Source: Acidobacteriota bacterium (GTDB lineage Bacteria > Acidobacteriota > Thermoanaerobaculia > Gp7-AA8). Taken from it: DNA of 64,000 nt. The number at the start of each line of letters is the position of its first letter. Positions within the stretch are counted from its first letter, which is position 1. The stretch lies in assembly GCA_019244185.1 (NCBI GenBank), contig JAFATB010000014.1:320001-384000 (forward strand). Direction: 5' to 3'. A program made the translations under genes and the position numbers. The notes under the pieces were generated by a model. That model ran no database searches, had not been told where the DNA came from, and was given only the letters and a program-made list of their open reading frames with translations. This document shows, in pieces, positions 38,598-48,594 of the stretch.

Positions 38598-40085
38598 TCA
38601 TAGTGGCGGCGCGGGCGGTTGCACGTCGAGATCGGCGCGCGTGAAGCCGAGGGAATCGCCGGCTTGGAGGATCACCTTGCAGACGTACTTGCCGGGTGGG
38701 AGCGTCAGCGGCTCCTCGACCACCACGTTCGCGCGCGCGGCGGAGGTGACGTGCAGGCGTTTCGCGTCGTAGCGCACGGCGGCGCCGTGCTCGTCGAAGA
38801 TGTACAGCATCAGCGTTGCGTCGACCTCACGCGTGCCGAACTGCGCGACGAGATCCAGCACGGGGACTTCGACGCGGAGCCGGCCCGCGGACGACGATAG
38901 GGTCGCGGCGAGACCGGTCTGCGGAATGTCGTTCTGCAGAATGTCGGCGATGCGGAGCGCGTCGTTGCCGGAGGACGCGTTGATGTGCGTCGAGAAGCCG
39001 CGGCGGAAGGAGACGTTCGCGCCGCGCGGCAGATTGCGGATGCGCACCTCGATCGTGTTGTCGCCCTTCTTCGCGTTGGCCGGAACGGTGAAGCCGAGGC
39101 GATAGCCGGCGGCGGAAGAAGTCACGACGCGGTTGAGGGCGGTCTTGAAATTGTTCTCGTGCTGGACGAAGAGACCGCCGGTCTGTTGCGCGTAATAGGC
39201 GAGGCCCTCGTTCGCGCCGAGCATACGGTCGCCGCCGACGTCGATCGTATCGATCACCGCGCCCGCGGCGTGGAACGCCTTCACCATCTTCTGCAGCGAT
39301 TCCACGAGGCGCGCGTCGGGCGTGTACGCGTTCGAGTAAACGAGATCCGTATTGAAGCCGGTCGAGAAGACGAGGACGTGTTTGTAGCCTTCGAGCGCGC
39401 CGAGGCGTGAGGCGATGGCGCCGAAGCTGTCGAGCTGATTCTCGATGAGGCGCTTCTCCGGCATGCTCGCGTTGGTCACGCCGATGCTGAGCGCCTCCTG
39501 CGTGAGGACCATCGGCTGGTCGATGAACTCGTCGTCGTCAGGGCGCGTGTCGACGGTCACGACCGGCGCGACGAGCGCCGCGCGTTCCGACGGCGACACC
39601 GCCAGCGACAGCGGATCGTGCGCCTCCGATGCGCTGAGCGTGAGCGCCGCGTGCGTCGCGACGGCGTGGTCGTTCGTGAACGGCACGATGAACTGCGCGC
39701 CGCGCTGCGGCGTGAACGTCGCGACGGCGAAGTAGTCGCTCGGCGGCGCGTGCTCGATCATCGCCATGGCGGCGCGTCGCGCGCGGTCGAGCGCGAGCGG
39801 CTTCGTGAACGCGAGATCGAACATGAGCAGGAACAGGCGCCGCTCGCGGCGGTCCGCCGACGGCGCGCCCGCGTCCGCGAAGTCGATCGTGTCGAAGTAA
39901 TCGATCGGCTGCTTCCTGCCGTTGACCAGGAGCGTGAAGTCCTCGCGCGTGAGATTGCGCACGGGCTGATTGTTCAGCGTGACGTAGACCGGCACGTCGA
40001 CGACGTTCACCGTGACGCTCTCGCGCGTCTGCGCGGCCGCGACGCCGGCCCAGGCGGCGAGGAACAGCAGCATGCGGAAGTTCAT
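38598..40085 (-). CDS. Exported VWA-domain protein (Acidobacterial VWFA-related type)
   Basis: Signal peptide, VTVNVVDVPV...PVRNLTREDF, GYKHVLVFSTGF, QQTGG, YRLGF. Confidence 0.8.
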   Translation of the reverse strand: MNFRMLLFLAAWAGVAAAQTRESVTVNVVDVPVYVTLNNQPVRNLTREDFTLLVNGRKQPIDYFDTIDFADAGAPSADRRERRLFLLMFDLAFTKPLALDRARRAAMAMIEHAPPSDYFAVATFTPQRGAQFIVPFTNDHAVATHAALTLSASEAHDPLSLAVSPSERAALVAPVVTVDTRPDDDEFIDQPMVLTQEALSIGVTNASMPEKRLIENQLDSFGAIASRLGALEGYKHVLVFSTGFNTDLVYSNAYTPDARLVESLQKMVKAFHAAGAVIDTIDVGGDRMLGANEGLAYYAQQTGGLFVQHENNFKTALNRVVTSSAAGYRLGFTVPANAKKGDNTIEVRIRNLPRGANVSFRRGFSTHINASSGNDALRIADILQNDIPQTGLAATLSSSAGRLRVEVPVLDLVAQFGTREVDATLMLYIFDEHGAAVRYDAKRLHVTSAARANVVVEEPLTLPPGKYVCKVILQAGDSLGFTRADLDVQPPAPPL

Positions 40086-40127
40086 CGCCGCAGAATAACG
40101 GCCGGTCCACTGGTTTGGCGAATGCGC

Positions 40128-40934
40128 ATGCGACAGCGGATCGCTCTCGTCCTCGCGCTGCTCTTCCTCGTGGCGGGCGGCGCGCTGTTCGTGTTCGGCC
40201 GCGGCCTGTGGCTGCCGCTGCTCATGCGCATCACCGGCGAGCGCACGGTCGCCGACGTGCTGGCGAAGATCGGGCCGGCGGCGCGCGCGCAGCTGCGGCC
40301 GTCATTCGCGCACGCGGGCGTCGCGTATCCGCCGCGCGAGCTCGCGCTGCTCGTCTTCAAGCGCGAGCGCCGCGTCGCCGTATGGGCACGCGATGCCGGT
40401 GCGTGGCGTTTCATCCGCGCGTATCCCGTCTTCGCCGCCAGCGGACATGCGGGCCCGAAGCTGCGCGAAGGGGACTACCAGGTGCCCGAAGGGCTGTACC
40501 GCTTCGCGTGGCTCAATCCGAACAGCAGCTAGCACCTCTCGATGAAGGTGAGCTACCCGAACGCCTTCGATCTGGCGATGGCCAAACGCGACGGCCGCAC
40601 GCGCCTCGGCGGCGACATCTTCATGCACGGCAATGCGCTGTCGATCGGCTGCATCGCGGTGGGGGACGCCGCGATCGAACAGCTCTTCACGCTGGTGGCG
40701 GATACCGGTCTCGCGCGGACGCGCCTCGTGATCGCGCCGAACGATCTCCGCGTGGGCGGTGCGATCATCGACGACGGCGCGCCGCCGTGGGTGGGGCAGC
40801 TGTATCGCACCATCGCCGCCGCCCTCGCGGAGTTCCCCGTCGCGCTGGAATCGAACAGCGCCGTGCGCGTCGACGGGTCGGCCCGGCCGACAAACGCTAA
40901 AGACCTAGTCCTTTCCCACGTGCGGCTGCCTTGA
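40128..40934 (+). pseudogene. L,D-transpeptidase (YafK/DpaA-like YkuD family) with internal in-frame TAG
   Basis: GPKLREGDYQVPEGLY...NPNSS*HLSMKVSYPN...IFMHGNALSIGC; TAG at 40530-40532 where an aromatic residue is expected. Confidence 0.8.
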
Positions 40935-41025
40935 ATGTCATTGAGGGCCAACCGCACGTGCGGATAGGCTGTGCCCTTAGCGCAGCCGGCCGTGCCGGCC
41001 CGGCAGGAATGGCTGGAGGCGCTCC
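40857..41025. repeat. Degenerate second copy of the 37653-37805 palindromic element
   Basis: Shares CACGTGCGGCTGC, CCGCACGTGCGGAT, GCCGGCCG(C/T)GCCGGCCCG and GGAGGCGCTCC in the same order. Confidence 0.8.
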
Positions 41026-41044
41026 TCCACTTCTAGGCTCCGGC

Positions 41045-43024
41045 ATGCTCTATCGCTTCGACAACGTCGAGAAAAGTTACGGGCCGCACGACGTCCTCAA
41101 AGGCGTCACGTGGCAGCACAACCCGGGGCAGCACGTCGGCCTCGTCGGCCGCAACGGCGCGGGGAAGACCACGCTCTTCCGCCTGCTGCTCAAGCAGGAA
41201 GAACCCGATCGCGGGCAGATCCTCCGCTCGTCGGGACTGACGGTCGGCCACGTCGGCCAGCACCTCGACGCCGAGCCGGGCCTGTCGCTCTTCGACTTCG
41301 TCGAGACGGCGTTCGCGGAGGTGCAGCGCATCGAGCGGAAGATGCGCGCGATCGAGCACGACCTCGCCGACACCACGCGCGCGGATCACGAGCGGCTGCT
41401 CGAAAAGTACGCGGAGCTGCAGCACGACTACGAGCATGCAGACGGCTACACGCTGCACGCGGAGGTCGAGCGCGTGCTGACCGGCGTCGGGTTTTCGGAC
41501 AAGTCGGAGTGGGAGCGCCCGATTCACGAGTTCAGCGGCGGCCAGCAGAACCGGGCCATGCTCGCGCGCGTGCTGCTGACGCGCGTCGATTTGCTGCTCC
41601 TCGACGAGCCGACGAACCACCTCGACCTGAAGGGCATCGAGTTCCTCGAAGAGTTCCTGCAGGACTTCAAGGGCAGCTACCTGCTCATCTCGCACGACCG
41701 CACGTTTCTCAATCGGACCGTGTCGACGATCGTCGAGCTCGCGCACGGAAAGCTCGTCGAGTACCACGGCAACTACGAGCGCTTCCTCCAGCTCCGCGCC
41801 GAGCGGATGGAGAAGATGGCGAAGGACTACGAGCGGCAGCAGGAGTACATCGCCGAGACGCAGGAGTTCATCCGCCGCAACCTCGCCGGCCAGAAGACCA
41901 AGCAGGCGAAGTCGCGGCGCAAGATGCTCGACAAGCTCGACGAGTTCGAGCGTCCCGAGACCGACGAGACGCTGGCGAAGTTCACGCTCGACGGCGGCGC
42001 GCGTTCCGGCGCGGTGGCGCTGACGATCGATCGCATCTCGGCGGGCTACGGCGCGAAGCGCGTCGTGACCGACTTCTCGTGGCAGATCCGCCGCGGCGAA
42101 CGCTACGCGATCATGGGGCCGAACGGCTCCGGCAAGTCGACGTTGCTCAAGACGCTCGCGTCGCGCATCGCGCCGCTGTCCGGCACGGTCGCGTACGGCC
42201 AGAACGTGCAAATCGGCTACTACGACCAGACCCTCGGCGATCTCAAGCCCAACGGCATCGTCATCGACGAGGTGTGGGACCTCGACCATACGCAAACCGA
42301 GGAGGAAGTGCGGTCGTATCTGGCGCGCTTCTCGTTTTTCGGCGAAGACGTGTTCAAGAAAACGCGCGATCTCTCCGGCGGCGAGAAGGGCCGGCTCGCG
42401 CTCGCGAAGATCATGTATGCCGGCGGCAACGTCATGCTCCTCGACGAGCCGACCAACCACCTCGACGTCTACACGCGCGAGGCGCTCGAAGAGGCACTGG
42501 AGAACTTCACCGGCGCGCTGATCGTCGTCTCGCACGACCGCTACTTCGTCGACCGCGTCGCCGAGAACATCATCGTCGTCGAAGAAGGACTGGCCGAGGT
42601 TTACAGCGGTAACTACAGCGAGCTCGTGGCGCGGACGAAGGAAGGGACGGCGAAGCCGCTGACCGCGCCGGTGATCATGACCATCGCTGCGCCGGTGGCG
42701 CCGCCGCCGAAACGCGAGGAACCGGCGAAGCGCGACGAAGCGCCGAAGGTCATTCCCGATCGCACCGAGCAGCGCAAGCGCGACAAGCGCATCAAGAAGA
42801 TCGACGAGGAAGTCGCGCAGCTCGAGACGCGCATCGCCGCGGCGGAAGCGGAGCGCGAGCGCAACGATCTGCTGCTCTGTTCGCAGGAAGTCTTCCGCGA
42901 CGGAGAGCGCGTGAAGAAGATCCAGCAGCAGAATCACGATCTGAAGGCGATGATCGACCTGCTGTACGGCAAGTGGGAATCGCTCGCCAAAGAAAAAGAA
43001 GAGCTGGAAGGCGCGGTCGCATGA
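41045..43024 (+). CDS. ABC-F family ATPase (YheS/Uup-like)
   Basis: Two ABC domains (GRNGAGKTT, GPNGSGKST; FSGGQ, LSGGE; LLDEPTNHLD twice), no TM, C-terminal coiled coil. Confidence 0.95.
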   Translation: MLYRFDNVEKSYGPHDVLKGVTWQHNPGQHVGLVGRNGAGKTTLFRLLLKQEEPDRGQILRSSGLTVGHVGQHLDAEPGLSLFDFVETAFAEVQRIERKMRAIEHDLADTTRADHERLLEKYAELQHDYEHADGYTLHAEVERVLTGVGFSDKSEWERPIHEFSGGQQNRAMLARVLLTRVDLLLLDEPTNHLDLKGIEFLEEFLQDFKGSYLLISHDRTFLNRTVSTIVELAHGKLVEYHGNYERFLQLRAERMEKMAKDYERQQEYIAETQEFIRRNLAGQKTKQAKSRRKMLDKLDEFERPETDETLAKFTLDGGARSGAVALTIDRISAGYGAKRVVTDFSWQIRRGERYAIMGPNGSGKSTLLKTLASRIAPLSGTVAYGQNVQIGYYDQTLGDLKPNGIVIDEVWDLDHTQTEEEVRSYLARFSFFGEDVFKKTRDLSGGEKGRLALAKIMYAGGNVMLLDEPTNHLDVYTREALEEALENFTGALIVVSHDRYFVDRVAENIIVVEEGLAEVYSGNYSELVARTKEGTAKPLTAPVIMTIAAPVAPPPKREEPAKRDEAPKVIPDRTEQRKRDKRIKKIDEEVAQLETRIAAAEAERERNDLLLCSQEVFRDGERVKKIQQQNHDLKAMIDLLYGKWESLAKEKEELEGAVA

Positions 43025-44262
43025 ATGCAGCCATTCTCGCCATCGGTTCCGAGATGCTCGGACCGACGCGCGTCGACACGAACTCGCTGAAGATCACGAC
43101 CGCGCTCGAACGCTACGGCATCGCGCTCGCGCGCAAGTCCGTCGTCGGCGATCTCCTCGGCGATCTCGTCGACGAGATCCGCTACGCCATCGCGCGCGTC
43201 GACTTCCTGATCATCACGGGCGGCCTCGGCCCCACCGAAGACGATCTCACGCGCGAGGCCCTCGCCGCGGCGTTCGGTCTCACGCTGCGCGTCGAGCAGT
43301 CGATCATCGACAAGATCGAGGCGCGCTTCGCCGCGCGCGGCTGGAAGATGCCGGACGTCAACAAACGGCAGGCGAACGTCTTCGTCGATCAGCAATGGCT
43401 GCCGAACGAACGCGGCACCGCGCCGGGCTTTCACCTGCAGGTCGACGGCGGCAAGCACGTGTGGGTCTTTCCCGGCGTGCCGCACGAGCTCGAGTGGATG
43501 CTCGCGACGTACTTCGTGCCGTGGCTCGAGGAGCTGAGCGGCGGACGCTCGCGTTACCGCCGCATCCTCAAGATCGCGGGACTCACCGAGTCGGGCGTCG
43601 AGGAGAAGCTGAAGCCGTACTACGAGCATCATCCCGGCGAGCTCGTGACGATCCTCGCCACGAGCGCCGCGATCGAAGTGCATCTCATCGGCGAAGGCGA
43701 CGAAGCCGCCGCGAAGGCGCAGCTCGCGACGCGCGAGCGCGAGCTCCTCGACATCTTCGGCCAGCGGGTCTTCGGCTACGACGACGACACGATCGAGAGC
43801 GTGCTCGGCGCGCTGCTCGCCTCGCGCAACGAAACGCTCGCCACCGCGGAGTCGTGCACCGGCGGTCTCCTCGGCTCGCGTATCACCGATATCTCAGGCA
43901 GCTCCCGCTACTACCTCGGCGGCGCCGTCTGCTACACCGCCGCCGCGAAGAGCGCGCTCGCGAACGTCGACGCGGCGCTCATCCGCGAGCACGGCGAAGT
44001 TTCGGAAGAGGTTGCGGTGGCGCTCGCGCAGGGCATCCGCGCGCGCTTCGGCGCCACGTACGGCGTCGGCATCACCGGCATCGCCGGCCCCACCGGCGGC
44101 ACGCCCGAGAAGCCGGTCGGCACCGTGCACATCGCCGTCGCGACCGCCGACGCCCACCACCACCGCAAGCTCTTCTCGCAAGGCCCGCGCACGATCGTGA
44201 AGTGGTATTCGACGCAACAGGCGCTCGACCTGCTGCGCCGCGTGATCCTCGGCGCGATCTGA
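43021..44262 (+). CDS. cinA: CinA family protein (MoCF-like domain plus PncC NMN deamidase)
   Basis: IGSEML..VDTNS, GGLGPTEDDLT, AESCTGG, TGIAGPTGG.PEKPVGTV. Confidence 0.95.
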   Translation: MNAAILAIGSEMLGPTRVDTNSLKITTALERYGIALARKSVVGDLLGDLVDEIRYAIARVDFLIITGGLGPTEDDLTREALAAAFGLTLRVEQSIIDKIEARFAARGWKMPDVNKRQANVFVDQQWLPNERGTAPGFHLQVDGGKHVWVFPGVPHELEWMLATYFVPWLEELSGGRSRYRRILKIAGLTESGVEEKLKPYYEHHPGELVTILATSAAIEVHLIGEGDEAAAKAQLATRERELLDIFGQRVFGYDDDTIESVLGALLASRNETLATAESCTGGLLGSRITDISGSSRYYLGGAVCYTAAAKSALANVDAALIREHGEVSEEVAVALAQGIRARFGATYGVGITGIAGPTGGTPEKPVGTVHIAVATADAHHHRKLFSQGPRTIVKWYSTQQALDLLRRVILGAI

Positions 44263-44293
44263 CGATCATTGCGGACATCCGGAACGATGGCTA

Positions 44294-44497
44294 TCATGCC
44301 GCGGCTCCCGGTCCGTTGCGCCAGCGATCGATCTCGTCGTCCACGTCGCGTGCGAGCTCGTCGATCGTCCGGCGAAGCCAGGCCGAGATGCGCAGGGCGA
44401 AGCGGATGATCGTCTCGATTCCGTGTACCACGAGCACGACGGCGATGAAGCCGCCGATCACGACATCGAACACGTCTTTGGTCCCGTTGAGCGTCAT
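44294..44497 (-). CDS. Small hypothetical membrane protein (67 aa)
   Basis: AGGAG RBS upstream, single hydrophobic segment; fills gap between genes. Confidence 0.5.
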   Translation of the reverse strand: MTLNGTKDVFDVVIGGFIAVVLVVHGIETIIRFALRISAWLRRTIDELARDVDDEIDRWRNGPGAAA

Positions 44498-44675
44498 GAT
44501 TCAGGTCTCCTGGAAGCGAGCTCTCAGCGCAACCGGGAGGCCAGCCGTAAATCGCGATTTGCCAAGACTTACGGAGCGTTACGTAAGGATCGGTAAAGGT
44601 TGTCAACGTTTAGCCGCCGCATAGTCGTTCGGCGCAATTTGTCGGTCGGAGTGCCGCAGGTTGGCAGGAGGATGA

Positions 44676-46118
44676 ATGCCGCTTTTCGCGGTGAAGGCTG
44701 AAGAGATCGCGCTCATCGACGCGCTGCCGGTGCCGGAGCATCCGTCGACGACGTTCGACGATGAACGTTACCGCGCGCTGATCGCGCGATCCTTCTCCAT
44801 TACTGCCGACGAGAAGCGGAGCATCCTCGAAAGCACCCCGAAATTCACGCAACATCAGGTTGACGAGCTGTTTCGCATTCTGGAGGAAGAGCGGCAGAAG
44901 TTTTCGGAGCTGAATGCACGGCACGAAGCGCGGATGGTGAGAATTGCCGAGGAGCGGGGGCAGGTCGTGATGACCTCCGTGGCGCGTTCTCAGACGACAC
45001 AACTCACGAATCAAGAGAAGGCTGCGCTGGTGCGCGAATCCATTCCGGATCTCGTGGCGCCGCTCGGTGGAAAGGCGCTCAGTTGCATGCGCGCATTTTT
45101 GGCGCGTTTCGCGGACCGCATCGAACAGACCGGGGAGACTTCGATCGAGGGGACCCTCGATGACCTCTTCTCTGACGAACTGCGGAACGCTGACCTCAAC
45201 GCGCAGCACGCGGACTGCAAGGCCGATCCCACCTTCATCAAGAACACCATTCATCCCATGCTCTCGAACCTTCGTCCGCGGACGGAGAGCGCGCGCTATG
45301 CAGGCGGGAGTCGTCACATCATCAGTCTGGTGCTCGACGAGGCGAAGGCGCCGCGCGGCCGCGTCAAGGCGCAGCATCGCTTCTCGATCCTGATCCGTCC
45401 GGACATGCCTCCGGCACTGGCAGCGGAGAACCTGCGCACGCAGATCCTGCGGGCCGCGATCGAAGGCGTGTATGCAGTGGGTGTCGAACAGTGTCTCGAC
45501 CGCGACGTGCTACGGCATTTCGGCACGATCGCGCGGCGGATCGCGGAAGACGAAAAGCCTTCGACCAACACGCAACGTGTTTACCTCCAAATCACCGGAT
45601 TACTGGCGACGACGGAGAGCATCGTGCGGTTGCTGCCGGGCGATCGCATTCCTTTTCTCACGGCTCTGTTCCGCTTCGAGCTTCGCAGTCGTCACGACCC
45701 GACGCGAGCCGCGGAGTACTTCGACGCCTGGTTCATCGATGCCGCGAAGGAGATCGGTATCGAAGCCGAAGCGGACGGCGAGCGCGCGTTCAAAGATCAG
45801 CTGACCGCGTACGGACAGTTCTCGTTTCCCGAGAAGCTGCTGGTGCTGAAGGCGTGGCTCGTGGGAGACGAGAAACGGCGCGAAGAACTCTCTCAGCTGA
45901 TGGCCCGAACGTCGCTGCCGTCGCCACCGAAGCAGGAGCCGTACGTCATTCGTCCCGGGGTGTTCGACGTCGAGAGCGCGGTCGCGGCGTGTCTTGGGAG
46001 TGCCGCCGACGGCTTCGACCTCATCGTCGACCTCAAGACGCGCGAGGCGGTCGAATCGCTGCAGGTGCGCGGCGAGCTCGCCCGCCTCCTCACGCCGTCG
46101 GCGGTCACCCGTTCCTGA
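44676..46118 (+). CDS. Hypothetical protein (480 aa)
   Basis: GGAGGA RBS; long ORF with more A/T-ending codons than neighbours. Confidence 0.7.
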   Translation: MPLFAVKAEEIALIDALPVPEHPSTTFDDERYRALIARSFSITADEKRSILESTPKFTQHQVDELFRILEEERQKFSELNARHEARMVRIAEERGQVVMTSVARSQTTQLTNQEKAALVRESIPDLVAPLGGKALSCMRAFLARFADRIEQTGETSIEGTLDDLFSDELRNADLNAQHADCKADPTFIKNTIHPMLSNLRPRTESARYAGGSRHIISLVLDEAKAPRGRVKAQHRFSILIRPDMPPALAAENLRTQILRAAIEGVYAVGVEQCLDRDVLRHFGTIARRIAEDEKPSTNTQRVYLQITGLLATTESIVRLLPGDRIPFLTALFRFELRSRHDPTRAAEYFDAWFIDAAKEIGIEAEADGERAFKDQLTAYGQFSFPEKLLVLKAWLVGDEKRREELSQLMARTSLPSPPKQEPYVIRPGVFDVESAVAACLGSAADGFDLIVDLKTREAVESLQVRGELARLLTPSAVTRS

Positions 46119-47421
46119 ACCGCAGCACGTTCGAGATCACGTCGTTGTAGAGGACGACGATCATGAGCGTGGCGAGGACGGCGAAGCCGAGTTGCTGGAT
46201 GCGTTCTTTGACGCGGAGCGAGAGCTCGCGGCGGGCGATGCCTTCGATGACCAGGATCATGAGGTGGCCGCCGTCGAGGACGGGGATCGGCAGCAGGTTC
46301 ATGAAGCCGAGTTGCAGGGAGATCGTGGCCATGAGGCCGATGACGTTCATCCAGCCGTGGCGGAGCGCTTCGCCGGAGATGCGGGCGATGTTGATCGGGC
46401 CGCTGAGCTCCTTGACGCTGCCTTCGGCGCGGAAGAGGCGGCCGAGGGCGGAGACGGTGAGCTTGAGCATCTCCCAGTTGTCGTTGACGCTGTAGCGCAG
46501 CGCGGCGATGAGCGGGAGCTTGAGGAACTTGGACGGCGAATAGATGCCGCGGCCGATGTCTTCGTTCGGCGCGAAGGCGAGCGTGGTGGTGATTGCGCGT
46601 CCGGCGCGGTCGACGGTGAGCGGGAGCGGCTTGCCGTCGAACGGCGTGACGGCTTTGACGAACTCGGAGAGCGTGCGGATCGGCTTGCCGGCGACGGCGG
46701 TGATGCGGTCGCCGGACTGCAGTCCCGCCTTCGCGGCGGGGGAGCCGGGCTTCACGCCGCCGACGAGCGCCTCGCCGCCGTAGGTGATGTTCGCGCGGCC
46801 GATCTGGCCGAAGTCTCCGGCCTCGCGGTCGGGCGTGAGGGTGGTCTCGTGGCGGACGCCGTTGCGCAGGTAGACGACGTGCAGCGGCGTGCCGGCGTTC
46901 ATCGAGACGAGCATGCGGACGTCCTCGAAATCCTCGATCGGCTCGCCTTTGATGCTGACGATGCGGTCGCCGGTCTGCAGGCCGGCGCGGGCGCCCGCCT
47001 TGCCGGGCGTGACGTCGCCGACGATCGGCGTCGACACGGGCCGGTCGAAGCCGACCATGACCAGCGCGGCGACGAAGGCGACGGCGATGACGAGGTTCAT
47101 CAGCGGTCCGGCGACCAGGATCAGGAACCGCTGCCATTTCGGTTTGGAGAGAAATTCATCCGGATTGCCGGAGACGTTTTCTTCCGGAGAATCGCCGGCC
47201 ATGCGCACGTAGCCGCCGAGGGGGATGAGGGAGACGCGGTAGTCGGTCGAGCCGCGGCGGAAACCGAAGAGGCGTTTGCCGAAGCCGAAGGAGAAGACCA
47301 GCACGCGCACGCGGAACAGCTTCGCGAAGAAGAAGTGTCCCGACTCGTGGGCGAAGATCAGGAATCCGAGGACGATGACGAACGCGAACGCGTTCGTGAC
47401 GAGGTCTTGCGCGTGAGCCAT
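46105..47421 (-). CDS. rseP: RIP metalloprotease RseP
   Basis: HESGH, GGYVRM, two PDZ domains, NLLPIPVLDGG. Confidence 0.95.
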   Translation of the reverse strand: MAHAQDLVTNAFAFVIVLGFLIFAHESGHFFFAKLFRVRVLVFSFGFGKRLFGFRRGSTDYRVSLIPLGGYVRMAGDSPEENVSGNPDEFLSKPKWQRFLILVAGPLMNLVIAVAFVAALVMVGFDRPVSTPIVGDVTPGKAGARAGLQTGDRIVSIKGEPIEDFEDVRMLVSMNAGTPLHVVYLRNGVRHETTLTPDREAGDFGQIGRANITYGGEALVGGVKPGSPAAKAGLQSGDRITAVAGKPIRTLSEFVKAVTPFDGKPLPLTVDRAGRAITTTLAFAPNEDIGRGIYSPSKFLKLPLIAALRYSVNDNWEMLKLTVSALGRLFRAEGSVKELSGPINIARISGEALRHGWMNVIGLMATISLQLGFMNLLPIPVLDGGHLMILVIEGIARRELSLRVKERIQQLGFAVLATLMIVVLYNDVISNVLRFRNG

Positions 47422-47427
47422 AAGGTT

Positions 47428-48591
47428 TTACCGTCGGACTGCAACATCGATTCCGCGGGCTTCGTTCCGCGCCCAGCGGTCCCACGCCAGCGCGTCGTCG
47501 ACGGACGCGATCGGGTGGACGTCGCCGGCGTGGCGGTCGAGCACGCGCTTCACGATGTCTACGATTGACGTGAAGGGAAGTTCTCCGGCGAGGAAACGCT
47601 CGACCGCGATCTCGTTCGCGGCGTTGAGCACCGCGGGCATCGAGCCGCCGGCGCGGCAGGCGGCGTACGCGAGCTCCACGGCGGGGAAGCGGCGCGGGTC
47701 GACGGGCAGGAACTCGAGCGTGCGGATCTTCGCGAAGTCGAGCCGCGCGAACGGCGCGGCGACGCGCTCGGGGTAGAGCAGCGCGTACTGGATCGGGAAC
47801 TTCATGTCGGTCGTCGACAGCTGCGCGATGATCGAGCCGTCGACGTACTCGACCATCGAATGCACGATCGACTGCGGGTGGATGACGATGTCGATGCGGT
47901 CCGCGGGCTGGTCGAAGAGATGATGCGCCTCGATGACCTCGAGGCCTTTGTTCATCATCGTGGCCGAGTCGATGGAGATCTTGTTGCCCATCCGCCAGGT
48001 CGGATGCGCGAGCGCGGCGTCGATGGTGATGGCGTCGAACGTCGCCAGGTCGCGATGGAGGAACGGGCCGCCGGACGCGGTGAGAATGATGCGCTGCAGT
48101 TCGGGATGCGTCCCGCAGCGGATGGCCTGGTGCACGGCGTTGTGCTCGGAGTCGACCGGGAGGATCTCGCCGCCGCATTCGCGCGCGGTGCGGGTCATGA
48201 CGTCGCCGGCCGCGACGAGCACTTCCTTGTTCGCGATGCCGACGCGCTTGCCCTTGCGCAGCGCGGCGTAGACGGGCGGGATGCCGGCGGCGCCGACGAT
48301 CGCGGCGATGACCGCATCGGCCGAGGCCATCGATGCGACCGCGCACGCGCCCTCGATGCCGGGGACGATCTCCGGTGCGTCGGAGAGGAGCGCGCGCAGT
48401 TTGTGCGCGTCGTCTTCGCCGCGGACGGAGACGAGCTCGGGGCGGTACTTCGCGATCTGTTCGGCGAGCAGCTCGACGTTCGCGCCGGCGGCGAGACCGA
48501 CCACGCGCAGCTCGTCGGGAAAGGCATCGACGACGCCGAGGGTGCTGCGGCCGATGGAACCGGTGGATCCGAGGATGGAGATCGCGCGCAC
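47428..48591 (-). CDS. dxr: 1-deoxy-D-xylulose-5-phosphate reductoisomerase
   Basis: LGSTGSIG, ANKE, PVDSEH, TASGGPF, KISIDSATMMNKGLE. Confidence 0.97.
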   Translation of the reverse strand: MRAISILGSTGSIGRSTLGVVDAFPDELRVVGLAAGANVELLAEQIAKYRPELVSVRGEDDAHKLRALLSDAPEIVPGIEGACAVASMASADAVIAAIVGAAGIPPVYAALRKGKRVGIANKEVLVAAGDVMTRTARECGGEILPVDSEHNAVHQAIRCGTHPELQRIILTASGGPFLHRDLATFDAITIDAALAHPTWRMGNKISIDSATMMNKGLEVIEAHHLFDQPADRIDIVIHPQSIVHSMVEYVDGSIIAQLSTTDMKFPIQYALLYPERVAAPFARLDFAKIRTLEFLPVDPRRFPAVELAYAACRAGGSMPAVLNAANEIAVERFLAGELPFTSIVDIVKRVLDRHAGDVHPIASVDDALAWDRWARNEARGIDVAVRR

Positions 48592-48594
48592 GGG

